This document shows positions 24,721-40,185 of a stretch of DNA of 64,000 nucleotides, in pieces. Both the position numbers and the translations under genes were made by a program. The stretch is from Octopus sinensis (lineage: Eukaryota), in the NCBI RefSeq assembly GCF_006345805.1, contig NC_042999.1, positions 58,218,001 through 58,282,000 of the forward strand, given 5' to 3'. Position 1 is the stretch's first letter; each line of letters opens with the position of its first letter. Under the pieces are notes generated by a model that saw only the letters and a list, made by a program, of their open reading frames with translations, made no database searches and had not been told where the DNA came from.

Positions 24721-25125
24721 CAAAAAATCTCTAATTTATTTTAACCGAAACGGGAGCAACAGTTTGAGACGGAGACAAGCATAAATACACATGCATAGAC
24801 ATAAATACATATGCATACATACATACACATATACATACATTCACACAAACACATACACCAATACACACACACCAACACATATACATACATACACTTACAT
24901 ATGTACATACAGATACATACATACACACAAATATACACACACATGCACACAAACACACACATGTTTTAAGTTACCTGTCTTGTTTTTACATCTGTTCCTT
25001 TCGTTGTACGCAAAACAATTTCGTTTTCGATGTAATCCTATTTCGTTTCCGTTGCCTAAAACACTATTGCGTATGTGCAAGCTAAGCCAAGCTAAGCTGA
25101 GCTGTGCTGAGCTGAGCTGAGCTAT

Positions 25126-25978
25126 AGAATGTTCATCATTCCTTCCTCCACATCCTCCACTTCACTTCTAAAATCCCCCTCTCTGGAATGTTCAACATTC
25201 CTTTCTCCCCTTCACCTTTCAAATCCCCCTCTCTGGAATGTCCAGCATTCCTTTCTCCCCTTCACCTCTCAAATCCCCCTCTCTGGAATGTTCACCATTC
25301 CTTCCTCCCCTTCCTCCCTTTCACTTCTCAAATCCCCCCTCTCTGGAATGTTCAACATTCATTATTCCTCTTCCTCCCCTTCACCTCTCAAATACCGCTC
25401 TCTGGAATGTTCAACAGTCATTCCTCCCCTTCCTCCCCTTCACTTCTCAAATCTCCCCTCTCTGGAATGTTCAACATTCATTATTCCTCTTCCTCCCCTT
25501 CACCTCTCAAATATCCCTCTCTGGAATGTTCAACATTCCTTTCCTCCCTTCCTCACCTTCCCCCTCTCTTGAATTTTCAACATTCCTTCATCCCCTTCCT
25601 CTCCTTCACCTCACAAATTCCCCTCTCTGGAATGTTCAATATTCCTTCCTCCTCTTACTACCCTTCACTTCTCAAATCCCCCTCTCTGGAATGTTCAACA
25701 TTCCTTCATCCCCTTGCTCCCCTTCACCTCTCAAATCCCCCTTTCTGGAATGTTGAACATCCTTCTTCCCCTTCCTCCCTTTCACCTATCAAATCCCCCT
25801 CTATGGAATGTTCAACATTCCTTCCTCCCCTTCCTGTCGAGTCCTCCTCTCCGGAATGTTCAGCATTCATTCCTCCCCTTCACCTCTCTGTAATGTTCAA
25901 TATTTCTTCCTTTTCTTCCTCCCTTCACTTCTCAAATCCCCCTCTCTGGAATGTTCAACATTCCTTCCTTCCCTTCCC
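25126..25978. repeat. Pyrimidine-rich minisatellite, about 16 units of 50-60 bp
   Basis: Unit approximately CTCTCTGGAATGTTCAACATTCCTTCCTCCCCTTCACTTCTCAAATCCCC. Preceded by (GCTGA)n at 25081-25122. Confidence 0.95.
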
Positions 25979-26029
25979 GACGTTTGGGCTGGTAGGCGTG
26001 GACAGTCAGCCCTATGGTGCCCAGAGCTT

Positions 26030-26160
26030 TGCCAATGATACTCCCCGGACCCTAAGTAAGGCATGTGTAAAATTTGAAGAATATTGGTTGTGTAGTTCTC
26101 AAGTTTTAAGGATTCACACAGACAGACACACGTTCTCAGTTTCACATATACAGTTATATA
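26030..26160 (-). mobile_element. Helitron 5' fragment joined head-to-tail to the next copy
   Basis: Reverse complement of ...GAAACTGAGAACGTGTGTCTGTCTGTGTGAATCCTTAAAACTTGAGAACTACACAACC. Confidence 0.75.
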
Positions 26161-27703
26161 TACGTTGTTGCCGGGTCATTGTGCTAGTGCATTTATATAT
26201 GTGTATATATACGTGTACATATTACATGTACATCTATATATATACATCTACATATAAAATACAAAATACAAAGTTATATCTTGATATCGATAGTGATAAC
26301 AATACTCAAAATATATAACAGACTGGAATTGTAGGCCCGACTCTTGCAATTTCGATCAATTGTATCTTGTCCTTCCTCTTGTATAGAAGTGTGGCTACAA
26401 TCCAGCCTACCTCTACTTCTGGGGGGACATTTTAAATTTTTATCCGGGACGTCATACGTCCAAGATATAAAGGTAAAAAGGTTCGAGTCAAGTACTCCCT
26501 TGCACGCTCCGTTGACTCGAACCTTGCTTCTATTGTGGCGAATTTACCACCACTGGTTAGATATCTTTCATAGTCGCACCAAGACACTTTTCGATGGTAC
26601 TTTCCTCCAGGTTTTCAAATCTTTTTTTTCTCTACATTGTATACTTTGTAGACAATAGTCTTTTCTTTAATTTAATTTTTTATTTCGTTTGGTGGTATTA
26701 TCCTAGATTCACCGTCTTTATCGGTGATCAACAGAAATAGGTTTGTATTTCTTCCATTTTAAATTTAATGAGTTCGCACCCGCCGACGGCTGCAGCGAAA
26801 TTCAATTTTGGACTTTCCTCTATCGAAGGCATTCTAACAAAAATGCTTCCGTATAAACGATGAAAATATTGTCAATTTCCCCAAACAGGGACACAATTCA
26901 ATTTTTAAACAATAACCAAAGCTCCTTCTCCCAATGGTGAAGGTTACAGTTTACAATTATTTAACAAATGCAATACAACAACGTTTCCTTTACGAGGAAC
27001 CAACAAACGTGATAACAATAGTTAAGCAGTAATAATAATAACAACAAACCTTACGGTGAATCAAAAAGCAGTACGCAGTTGAAGCTATAGTCCTTTATGT
27101 ATAAGAAAATAAACCAACAGCAGTACTCAGTAGAAGCGGCTGTTCGAGAAAACAGACATTACATACAGCCAAACTTCATATAGACACTTAATGCTAGCTA
27201 ATTAGCAGATAATCTAATGTAAAAGCCATTGTAAACGGTATGTGCACAGCTCCATCTGGACTATTCCATTTCTGCACGCTAATTTTATTTTTAATTTATT
27301 CCCATTCATGTGAAAGCACTTACTCAAGTTCAAGTCATTGATGCAATTTTATACCAATTGCTATTTTTACTTTTGTTATGTTACGATTATATTATACTTT
27401 AGTTTGATTTTAATTATTACTTACTACATATAATTCAATTGTTATTATTATCTCTAATTTTTATTGTTAAAGTGAAAGTATCTGACATGAAATAGAGAAA
27501 TGTTTTTGTTTCCCTTTTAACACGTAATACTGAAATAGTGGAGAAGATATGATATTGCTATGGGCTCGCCCTAGGCATGAAGTTGAACATTATTTTTGCC
27601 GATAACACTCCCCGGACCCAAGTAAGGCATGTAAAATTTGAATGAAATTGGTTGTGTAGTTCTCAAGTTTTAGGGAAACACACAGACAGACAGACAAACA
27701 CAC
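26161..27703 (-). mobile_element. Second long copy of the LINE-ORF1-carrying Helitron
   Basis: Reverse complement of 12500-13990 with independent indels. The 3' hairpin is truncated and the 5' end runs into the gap. Confidence 0.85.
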
Positions 27704-27803
27704 NNNNNNNNNNNNNNNNNNNNNNNNNNNNNNNNNNNNNNNNNNNNNNNNNNNNNNNNNNNNNNNNNNNNNNNNNNNNNNNNNNNNNNNNNNNNNNNNN
27801 NNN
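27704..27803. other. Assembly gap (100 N)
   Basis: N run. Confidence 1.
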
Positions 27804-30800
27804 TAATAAATTTGGATCATTCATACTAATGTAAAAAATATTTGTATTTTATTTAATTAAATAAATTTAATATTTGTTTAATTGAGAGTATGTTGACCAA
27901 GGCGACCATCTCTGGTTCAGAAAAATGAGTAATGCAGAGAGGTTTAGGAACCAAAGATTCAAGAAAATTTATGTTGTACTTGTACTTGAGCGACTTCAAA
28001 AGCGTGTTGTTCTCAGTTAAATTACAAACAAAAATGATTAACGAAACGATAGTGTTTTACATTTTCCCCCATATTCTAAACTTTAAAAAATAGTTATTTC
28101 CTTCAAATAATAAAACTTCCTATGATAAATGCACTCGAAAGTTTTAACTTTCCACGTGAAGTACGTCCGATGTTTTTTAGTTTGATTTCCAGTGTGATAT
28201 GAAATTAAAAAAATAGACTATCAAAAGACGGTTCAAGAGAAGAAAATACAAAAGTAGATTAGATAGACCTATAAGAAAAAGTAAATAAAATGGGACGCTA
28301 GCATGCGTGAATTAGTAAACCAAGAAATGATCTAATTGAATAATTCTAACCAAAACATATGGAGGCGGGCAGTCTGTAGATTTTAATTCAGCAAAATTAA
28401 TAAAAACATGGAATGCAGTGATCTTTAGCAGAATAGTGACAACACGGAGCATATTTAGGCCTCATTAAACCTAATTAACAATGTAGAATCTAACACTGAT
28501 TGCCGAGTCTTGGAATGACTTGAAAGATTTAGCAACTGTTTGTGAATGAAAGACGAATATCAACTGTTAGTTACTGCATTAAATATCGAACCATACATTG
28601 AGTGGTGTCATTTCAGATATACTAAATATTAGATCAAAAGTGGGTGGTCACGACTGAAACGTCTTCGATTACAAAAATTTTGTTGCAGGAACATAAGTGT
28701 TTCTAGGTAATTTTGGCACTTAGATTTGAAATCTGCATTTAAAATATTTCATTTCAGGTCCAGGCCTTGTAGAATGTAATTCTAGGTATAACTATATAGA
28801 CATTGAGATAAACACATAATCTTGCTTGTCATCACGTTACAGGGCGGACATACCATGAGCATATCCTAATTACATTGCCAGATGTTACGTGGTAATTTAG
28901 AAGGGAATCAGAGGTGTTTATGTAAATGTCTCAGAGAAGCTATGTTTATGGACAATATATACACCACTATCACAGTTGAGAAACCCAACGATAGCTATGA
29001 AACTGGAATGAATCGTTGCACGGGTGGTTACTCCTCAAGGAAATCTCACTCTCTCACTACTAAGCCAGAAGAAAAGAGTAAAGACAGGCTTATTAACATT
29101 ATCCAAGAATGTTTAATATGAAACACAACACAGAAAAGTAACGTGGTCTATTAAATTATAAAAGTAGGAGAGGATAAATAAGTGGGGCTCTTTGGTTATA
29201 CGAAGGATGCATTATCATAGTACGTCCTGTCATTAGCACTGCTCATTGCACTATCAGTAGTCCCTTCACCAAGCTATAAACGGAACACTATATATGTTCA
29301 GCTCACGGTTTTAAACAATATGAAGTGTCTTTATTGAATAAATTCAAGCCTGGTTATAAACGTATGTAGAGTAAAGAAGGGAACCTTTGCGAAATGTTCT
29401 ATTTTCTGCTGAAGAATGAATTGTTTATTTATGTTAATATCCACGGAAGTGTTAAAATGTTTTGTAAATCTCCAAACACGTTACACCACATTTCAAGAGC
29501 TAACAAAAACGCCTTTACGTGGATGCTGGATATGCTAGAGATGTTTGCTAGATATTTTAAAATTCACATCCTATAGTCTTAGAAAAGAAACGCAATGATA
29601 ATGGGATTGTGACTTTACTGTCGTTAGGGAAAGTACGTGATGGTCGTGGATGAAGTGCAGCTTATCTTAGATGTGATGGATCAGAGTTATCCTGGGGCTA
29701 AAATGCTTCGTCGTCAACAACAACAACAACGACAACGACAACGACAACAACAACGACAACAACAAAGTTTATACCATAATTATTTCTTTACTCTTTAAAT
29801 GTTTGGTTTCGAGTCTTCTCACAACAAAATAGCGTGTTGTAAAATGACAGAGCATCGGACAAAATGCTTGAAGTATTTAGCTGCAATCTTTTATGTTGTG
29901 AGTTCGAATCCCACCGAAATCAGCTTTACCTTTTTTCCTTTCGAGGTTGATAAAATAATGTTCCAGAGACGTCGTACTATCGATTTAATCTCCCTAAAAA
30001 ACAGACCTAGATATACATGGAATTATAAAAGATGGTAATTTATTTCCTTCTCTATGATTCGAGTTCTTTTTAGAGCAAGATGCTTACTCTACATCTGAAT
30101 ACCTCCGCAGAACCATTTCCCAGTTACCGCTTAAAAGTACTTATGCCACTAATGCCTTGAGGATGGAATGGATGATGATACACTCCACTGCTTCCTCTCC
30201 CCAAAATGTAAACTTTTAAGCCTATACGTGGAAAAGAAAGAACAAAAACATCAACAACTTATTTACTCTGTTCTTTCCTCATAAAGCTATCATTAAAATC
30301 AGATGTATTCAAATGAACTCCCAGTCATCTCTAGATTTCGTTTCGTTCAGTTCAATGTACAAAAATGGAAGACGAAGTCGTCCGATGAAATGTATACACA
30401 TATTATTAGTTTATAATCGTCTACAAACGCACTATTTTGATATTTCTTTTCCTCTCTTTTCCACGCTTTTAGATTTCTTTTATTTTTATGCATTTAATTT
30501 CCTATCATTCGGTTCTGGTTTATAATTTGTGCCAAAATCGTCTGATTACATTTACCTAGGTACTGCATTTACATTACTGTAAGCTTAAAGAATATTAATT
30601 TCAGACATTTCGAGCTATTTTCTCTGAAGTTTTACTGGTAAACTCTTTAAATCCCCATAGAAGATAATTTAACTAAATTTAGAATAGTAATTTCTAGTTT
30701 ATGGATGTCTTTCCTGACTTACACTACTCTACGAGAAAAGTTTTTATTCCTAACACACACACACACACACACACACACGAACGTATATTATATACAAAAG

Positions 30801-30879
30801 CGCACAGATTTATAGAGAAGGGCGAGGATCCTCTACACTACGGGCAAAATTTTGTTCGCATCCAAATTTGGAACCACCA

Positions 30880-32427
<1,548 letters not shown>

Positions 32428-32605
32428 GTATATATATATATATATATATATATAAGTAGTTGAATGAATTATCTTAGTATGGATAATTCGGTTAACCGAT
32501 ACCTGGGTAGCAAATTCACGTCAGAAAAACACGGTTGAAGCTATATGCCAAGGGCAGAGATCACGTGCTTTCGTGTGGAAATTTGTGTGTTTTTTTAATA
32601 CAAAT

Positions 32606-32768
32606 AAATGAAAGAATGGAGTTGAACGACGATTTAACAAAATTCCTTTATTTCGACATATGTTTGAAGGCTGCATATTCCTATTCGTAATTAGGAATAT
32701 GCAGCCTTCGAAACATATGTCGAAAATAAAGGAATTTTGTTTAAATCGTCGTTCAACTCCATTCTTTC

Positions 32769-32772
<4 letters not shown>
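32606..32772. repeat. Near-perfect palindrome containing a hammerhead 3' half (GAAA-CATATG-TC, 32710-32721)
   Basis: Arms 32606-32683 and 32692-32772, with loop TTCGTAAT. Confidence 0.85.
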
Positions 32773-32834
<62 letters not shown>

Positions 32835-32986
32835 TAATATAGATATGTGTGGGTGTATATGTTTATCTATATATATGTGGGTGTATATGTGTATATATAT
32901 ATGTGTGTGTATATGTGTATATATATATATGTGTGTATATGTGTATATATATATATGTGTGTATATGTGTATATATATATATTATT

Positions 32987-33212
32987 AAGGCGGCGAGCTG
33001 GCAGAAAACGTTAGCAACACGGGCGAAATGCTTAGCGGTATTGCGTCTGTCGTTGCGTTCTGAGTTCAAATTCCGCCGAGGTCGACTTGCCTTTCATCCT
33101 TTCGGGGTCGAAATTAAGTACCAGTTACGCACTGGGGTCGATGTAATCGACTTAATCCGTTTGTCTGTCCTTGTTTGTCCCTTCTGTGTTTAGCCCCTTG
33201 TGGGTAGTAAAG
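32987..33212 (+). mobile_element. SINE A, near full length
   Basis: Complete head-to-tail family sequence. Confidence 0.9.
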
Positions 33213-33214
33213 AA

Positions 33215-33707
33215 ACATATAATATATATGTGTGTATATGTATATATATATATATGTGGGTGTATATGTGTATATATATATATGTGTGTGTATATGTGTA
33301 TATATATATATGTGTGTGTATATGTGTATATATATATGTGTGTATATGTGTATATATATATATGTGTATATATATATATGTGTATATGTGTATATATATG
33401 TGTGTATATATATATGTGTATATATATATATATGTATATATATATATGTGTATATATATATATGTGTATATATATATATAATGTGTATATATATATATAT
33501 GTATATGTGTATATATAATATGTGTATAATATATGTGTATATATATATATATGTGTATATGTGTATATATATATATATGTGTGTAGATATATATATATGT
33601 GTATATGTGTATATATAATATATGTGTATATGTGTATATATATATGTGTGTATATGTGTATTATATATATATATAGTGTATAGTGTGTATATATATATAT
33701 ATATAAG

Positions 33708-33739
<32 letters not shown>

Positions 33740-33770
33740 AGCACACACACACACACCACACACCACACAC

Positions 33771-33801
<31 letters not shown>

Positions 33802-33890
33802 ATATGCACACACATATATAATATATATATAATATATATTATATATAAGCACACACCCCACACACATATATATATATATATGTGTGTGTG
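33215..33890. repeat. (TA)n/(TG)n compound microsatellite
   Basis: Direct inspection. Confidence 0.95.
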
Positions 33891-34729
33891 CTTCACTGAG
33901 GTCTTCTGATACAACCGGAAAATGTCAATTGCGTTTATAAGTTGGCTTTAGAGACCAGATCGACTCCCATGTGTCTAACGCCAGCTTACGAACGCAACGG
34001 ACATTTTCCCGCGGTATAAGAAGACAGTAGTAAAGCATATTCTTTCTATTGAGTCGGCAAACTAAGAGTGATCAATATATATGGAAATAGAAGTAATGTA
34101 ATCACACTGAGTATGAATATCAACGATAAGGCTAAGGAAATATGCTTTAGGGCAATGCTCTGCATACTAAATACAAAACGAGTAGGGTCTAAAGCCCGAA
34201 GCACTTAATACAGGATAATGTTAAACAAGCAATGGTTAAAGAATGATCAACTGAATACTTATTCTACATAAAGTGTGCATAGCAAAATGTATATGAATTT
34301 CGTTCCGGCAACAACAGCATTGGTGGCGTTACGATTAGTTTGGTTTCCTTCCCGGACAACGCATCAAACTCTATTTCCGATTTAAAAAATAAAAAATATT
34401 CGTTTGCTTTCTTCCTCACATTAGACAGTTAAACTAAATTATTTACATAATTGTATAGATTTATATTTCCCTGTTGGTTTCCCTATATAGATTATATTTC
34501 TCAGTGTGTTATTTGTACATTAAATGTTTTGTCAAGGCTAATATGTATTCAGTTATCGGTCATGCGACGGCGTATTCCACCGTAAATCAAGTAATAAGAT
34601 GGATCCAAATCTCAGTGGAGTGTTGGATCGATTCAATTCTCAGTGGAGTCTAGGATCGATTCATCTCTCAGTGGAGTCTTGATTCGATCCAGCTCTCAGT
34701 AGATTATAGAAACGATCTATTTTCATATT

Positions 34730-35145
34730 TCTTTACTGCCCACAAGGGGCTACACACAGAGAGGACAAACAAGGACAGACAAACGGATTAAGTCGATTAT
34801 ATCGACTCCAGTGCGTAACTGGTACTTAATTCATCGACCCCGAAAGGATGAAAGGCAAAGTCGACCTCGGTGGAATTTGGACTCAGAACGTAACGGCAGA
34901 CGAAATACCTATTTCTTTACTACCCACAAGGGGCTAAACACAGAGAGGACAAACAAGGACAGACAAATGGATTAAGTCGATTATATCGACCCGATTGCGT
35001 AACTGGTACTTATTTAATCGACCCCGAAAGGATGAAAGGCAAAGTCGATTTTGGCGGAATTTGAACTCAGAACATAACGGCAGACGAAATACGGCTACGC
35101 ATTTCGCCCGGCGTGCTAACGTTTCTACCAGCACGCCGCCTTACG
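34730..35145 (-). mobile_element. Two tandem SINE A copies
   Basis: 34730-34900 (5'-truncated) and 34910-35145. Confidence 0.85.
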
Positions 35146-36656
35146 ATCTATTTTCAATGGAATGTTTCATTGGAAACGATCCTTTTTCAATGGAATGTTT
35201 GCCAAACATTAGACGAATAAGGCTCTCAGTCAAATCTGGGTATAACCAAATGTGTCAAGGGACATTTTTTTATTTTGCTTTTTGAAAATAAAATAAAAGA
35301 GCACTGTTCATAGCTTGTGGACCTAGTCTAATATTACGGGAGTGTCTTGGTATTTAACTCCAGGTCAATCCTGATCGAGATCAATGATTAAAGGAATACT
35401 GGCCGTGGTCATCTCGACTTTCTTCGATATGCAATGAAACCAAGACCACATTACCCACCGCGTCCTTTTACAAAGCCATTATAGTGTGGTTTGACTCCCT
35501 CAAACCACACTATAATGGCCTTTGTCAGCTATTTCTTGGGGACAGAGTAAACACGTACAGCCTCCCTCCTTGGCTTGCGACATTTTTGTGAAAGACGGTA
35601 GAATCAGAAAATCCGTCCAATGAACCAATCACCGTCGACAATCGGTAGAGCATCAGAACAACATTCCTTGTGTTATTTGTTACGTTTCGTTTTATGTTCA
35701 GATTGGTAAAGTCATTAGAAAGTCGGATAGAATAACTCGTATTTATTCTGATTTTTTTGCACCCTGGGATTAAATCACGTAAAAGTCAACCTTTCATCAT
35801 TGCAGGGTAAATAAAAATGTGCCGCTCCAAGGCGGTGGAGGATTGGTGTAGCTGTAAGAACATCGGACCGGTTTCTCTGTGGTATTTGTCCCGTTTCTTT
35901 ACACTCTGAGTTCAAATTTCGCTGCAATCCCCTTGGGTGTTTGACTTAATCCATTGTTCCGTTTAACAATACCATATGGGTATCTTTAACAGAGACCATT
36001 CTTTTCCAATAATTCAGGCCAAGTCTTAAAAACCCAGCAAAGATTCTTACTTTCCCTTCTTAATCTTATCCAGGATCATCGCTTTTCATCTCTCCAGAAT
36101 CGATAAATCAAGTAACAATGAAGTACTTAACATTACCATCTGGTATCGTCTGCTTTCAAGCAAGCTGAATGTCATGAATCGCAATTGTGGTCTTTCTTAT
36201 GTTGTCCTTATACATTAACTGCATTTTAAGTCTATTTAATTCTCGATATTATCCAACCACGTAATTGTTGGTTTTCTTCATTCTCTCTTCTAATACATTT
36301 TACATTTAATTGGCTGTTATGCTTCCTCTTCTTACAAAATTCGTGGCCTTTCACAAATGTAGTAAATCCTTATTAGAATATAAAATGTCAGGCAAAATTT
36401 TAAAAACAAGTTTAAATAAACCGAATCACACAAGAAAGTTAATTAGTGTGAAATGAATTCGCCAAGAAGAAATAATCACATTTAAAAATGTCAATTGGGA
36501 TTAAAATAAAATAAAATAAATATTGATTATATATATTATATATATATATATATATACATATATTGCACATATATATACAAACATCTATATGTTGGTATAT
36601 ATATATATGTATGTATGTATATATATATATATATATACACATATTATGTATATATA

Positions 36657-36735
<79 letters not shown>

Positions 36736-36874
36736 GTAGCCCAAATACATATATGCAAAGATGTACATAAATCCTGCATAAATAATGAACGAAGCGGACT
36801 GAAAAGGTAAAACTTCCACTTGATGACCGAGATAAAGTTTGCCTTAATTAAGCTGGACGAAAAAAAAACATATG

Positions 36875-36912
<38 letters not shown>

Positions 36913-37079
36913 ATGTACACATATACGTACATAGACATGCATTCGTACATTTCATAATGCAAACGTACATGCATATAGTCAGATATTTATACATAAACAT
37001 TGTATAGCATACATGTATAGAGACATACATTCATACATAGGCTTGATATACAGTTTTTTTTTAGTGATATATTGATGAG

Positions 37080-37086
37080 ATGAATG

Positions 37087-37158
<72 letters not shown>

Positions 37159-37224
37159 ATATATGTATATATATATGTATATATATATGTTATATATATG
37201 TATATATATATGTATATATATATC

Positions 37225-37257
<33 letters not shown>

Positions 37258-38210
37258 GTATAATATATGGTATATATATATGTATATATATATGTATATA
37301 TATGTATATATATATGTATATATATATATGTATATATATATGCATATATATATGTATATATATATGTATGTATATATATGTATATGTATGTACATATATG
37401 TGTATATGTATGTATGTATGTTATGTATATGTTGTATGTATGTATGTATATATATATGTATGTAATATGTATGTATGTATATGTATGTATATATATGTAA
37501 TATTATGGTATATATATATGTATGTATGTATGTATATATATGTATGTATGTATATATATGTATGTATGTATGTATTATATGTATGTATGTATGTATATAT
37601 ATTGTATGTATGTATATATATATATGGTATGTATGTATATATATATATGTATGTATGTATGTATATATATATATATGTATGTATATATATATATGTATGT
37701 ATGTATATATATATATGTATGTATGTATGTATATATTATATGTATGTATATATATATGTATGTATTATATATATGTAATATATATATGTATGTATATATT
37801 ATATGTATGTATATATATATATGTATGTATATATATTATATTATATGTATATATATATGTATGTATATATATATAATGTATGTATATATATATATGTATG
37901 TATGTATATATATGTATGTATGTATATGTATGTATGTATATGTATGTATGTATATGTATGTATAATGTATATATATATGTATGTATGTATATATATATGT
38001 ATGTATGTATGTATATATGTATGTATGTATGTATATATATATGTATGTATGTATATATGGTACGTATATATATATATATGTATGTATACATATATGTATG
38101 TATATATATATGTATATGTATATATATGTATATATATGTATATATATATATATGTATGTATATGTATATATATATATATGTATATGTATATATGTATCTA
38201 TATATATGTT
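37080..38210. repeat. (TA)n/(TATG)n compound microsatellite
   Basis: Direct inspection. Confidence 0.95.
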
Positions 38211-38799
38211 AATATTTGAAATGCACGTGCATCTTTAAGCACATTACTTTAATGTCTGGCTATATGAAATTTTAATATGTATAACAAAACCCTTATTGCT
38301 GTGTGTTAATTAGATTTAAGCTCGAGGTGTTTAATAAATATGAATACTCGGAACCAGATGACAGTTTTTTTTTTCATTGAGTTATTTCAAAACACTTTAC
38401 ACATGAAATATTTATTGTTATCTGGAGAAATTTTATCACTCACATCACGTATGTTTGTCTTAAATTATTTTATTGTCAGTCTTTTTTTTTCTTGCGTGTG
38501 ATTTTAGTTCTTTGTGTTAAGCCATTGACGACGTTGAATGATTATAACTAAATATAAGACGATTTCATTTCGCCTTGTTACGTTTCAGCTTTCTCCTTCG
38601 CTCTGTATATATTTTAAACTACATTTAGCTCGATTGCAGTTCTGGGTTCAATTCCGGATGATAAGAGTAATATAATCTTAGCTTTTCCCGAACGTTTCAA
38701 TTAGAAACGCACGTGTACAGGGTCTCGGCTTTTTTTTTTATATCTCGTTCAAGGTATTTCAATACATATAATGAAGCTCAACTTTGTAAGGACGTTCTA

Positions 38800-39364
38800 T
38801 TGGGTTGTCCGTAAAGTTCGTGCCGATTTTTAAAGGAAAGAAAAAGGCCAATAAATACTTGCCATTACATTTTTAATCAACCAAATATGAACCATTTTGT
38901 TGCTCAATGCATCTTCATCTTTCCTTTAACTTGAAAATACCCTCTTCCCAGAATTGAGGTGGTTTCATGGCAAAGAATTCATCAAGGTATCTTTTTACGT
39001 CATCCAAGGAATAGAAATTTTTACCATTAAGACTATTCGGCAGAGACCTGAATAAATGGAAATGCGAAGGAGCAATATCTGGTGAATATGGTGGGTGAGG
39101 TAACACATCTCAGCCGAGCTACAGCAATTTTTGTCTGGTTCCCAAAGCATCAAGTGCCAAAAATGAACTTCCTTATCTTCCATTTTATGGGTTACAGAAT
39201 TAACACAGGTTATAGGAACATAAACCTTCTTCAACGAAAAGATAGCTTAAACTGTGCTCTAAATGGAGGTGTAGTCAAATCCTATTTTATGGACTCAACC
39301 ATGTTCTAAAATAAGTCGAAAGATAAGCAACTATAAATCGGCACGAACTTTTCGGACAACCCAA
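38800..39364 (-). mobile_element. Internally deleted mariner element (565 bp) with intact TIRs
   Basis: TIRs TTGGGTTGTCCGTAAAGTTCGTGCCGATTT / AAATCGGCACGAACTTTTCGGACAACCCAA with TA on both sides. The N-terminus MEDKEVHFWHLML is fused to LPHPPYSPDIAPSHFHLFRSL. Confidence 0.93.
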
Positions 39365-40185
39365 TAGTCAGAAACGTACGTGCATCCGGTTCCGATTCAT
39401 TAATATCTCTTTATATGTATTTTAATACGTATAACGGAGCTGCTATTTCAGTGTGCTAAGTAGATTAACGTATGTGATGTTTAATATATCAAAAAATTTG
39501 AGCTAGACAACATTTCTGTTTTTCTTATAGAGCTCATTTAAAATCCTTTATGCGAATTATTTATTGCGCTGGAAAATTTGGTTTCAGCACTACATACATA
39601 TGCGTGTCCATAACAGAGTCTACAATAATGTTTTCTATACGCAAGACAGCTTTAAACTACGCCAGTATTCGGATAGAAATATTTTCCTGGTCTTAGAGAA
39701 TAAATGGTTATATCAAGGCAGCCGGATTTGAACACAGAATGTAAGTATGTAAGTATATACGTACGTATGTCTAGCTATATTTCCAACACACTCGCGATTC
39801 TACCGGCTATCGTTTTACTAGAAATGTTTTATTTATTTATTGTTGTGTAGTCTCAAGTGAACACCGATTGAGTAAACCTAGGATCAATGAAGTCCCAGTC
39901 ATGACCATACTGTCTTTTTCTACTTCAAGGAATACATTATCCAACACATCTTTAAACCGCTTGTGTGTAAACCGAAGGAAATTTTGCATCTGTTTTCCAG
40001 AAAGTTGAGCTGCCCGTATAGTAGGGCAGGGAACCTTTTTAGTAACGGAGCGAATTGTATAGTGATGAGCGGATCTACATGATTGTATAAGTGAAACATT
40101 AATATTTTCTGACTTCTCTTTCAGGGTTTGTTTATTAGTCATACAACATTATGTAATACATATGAGAATGGTGTTGAATCATATA

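Noticed and set aside
25129-26318. 376-aa and 172-aa Pro/Ser/Leu-rich ORFs
   Set aside because: Read-through of the minisatellite into Helitron sequence; open in several frames at once.
28645-28670. GAAACGTC resembling a hammerhead 3' half
   Set aside because: No CUGANGA or stems upstream; it is part of a decayed interspersed repeat.
34598-34705. CRISPR-like array
   Set aside because: Degenerate contiguous repeats without unique spacers, no cas genes, and a eukaryotic context.
39837-40142. 101-aa protein-like minus-strand ORF
   Set aside because: It overlaps a decayed copy of an interspersed repeat also seen at 35340-35470 and (reverse) at 28570-28670, and there is no convincing splice donor.
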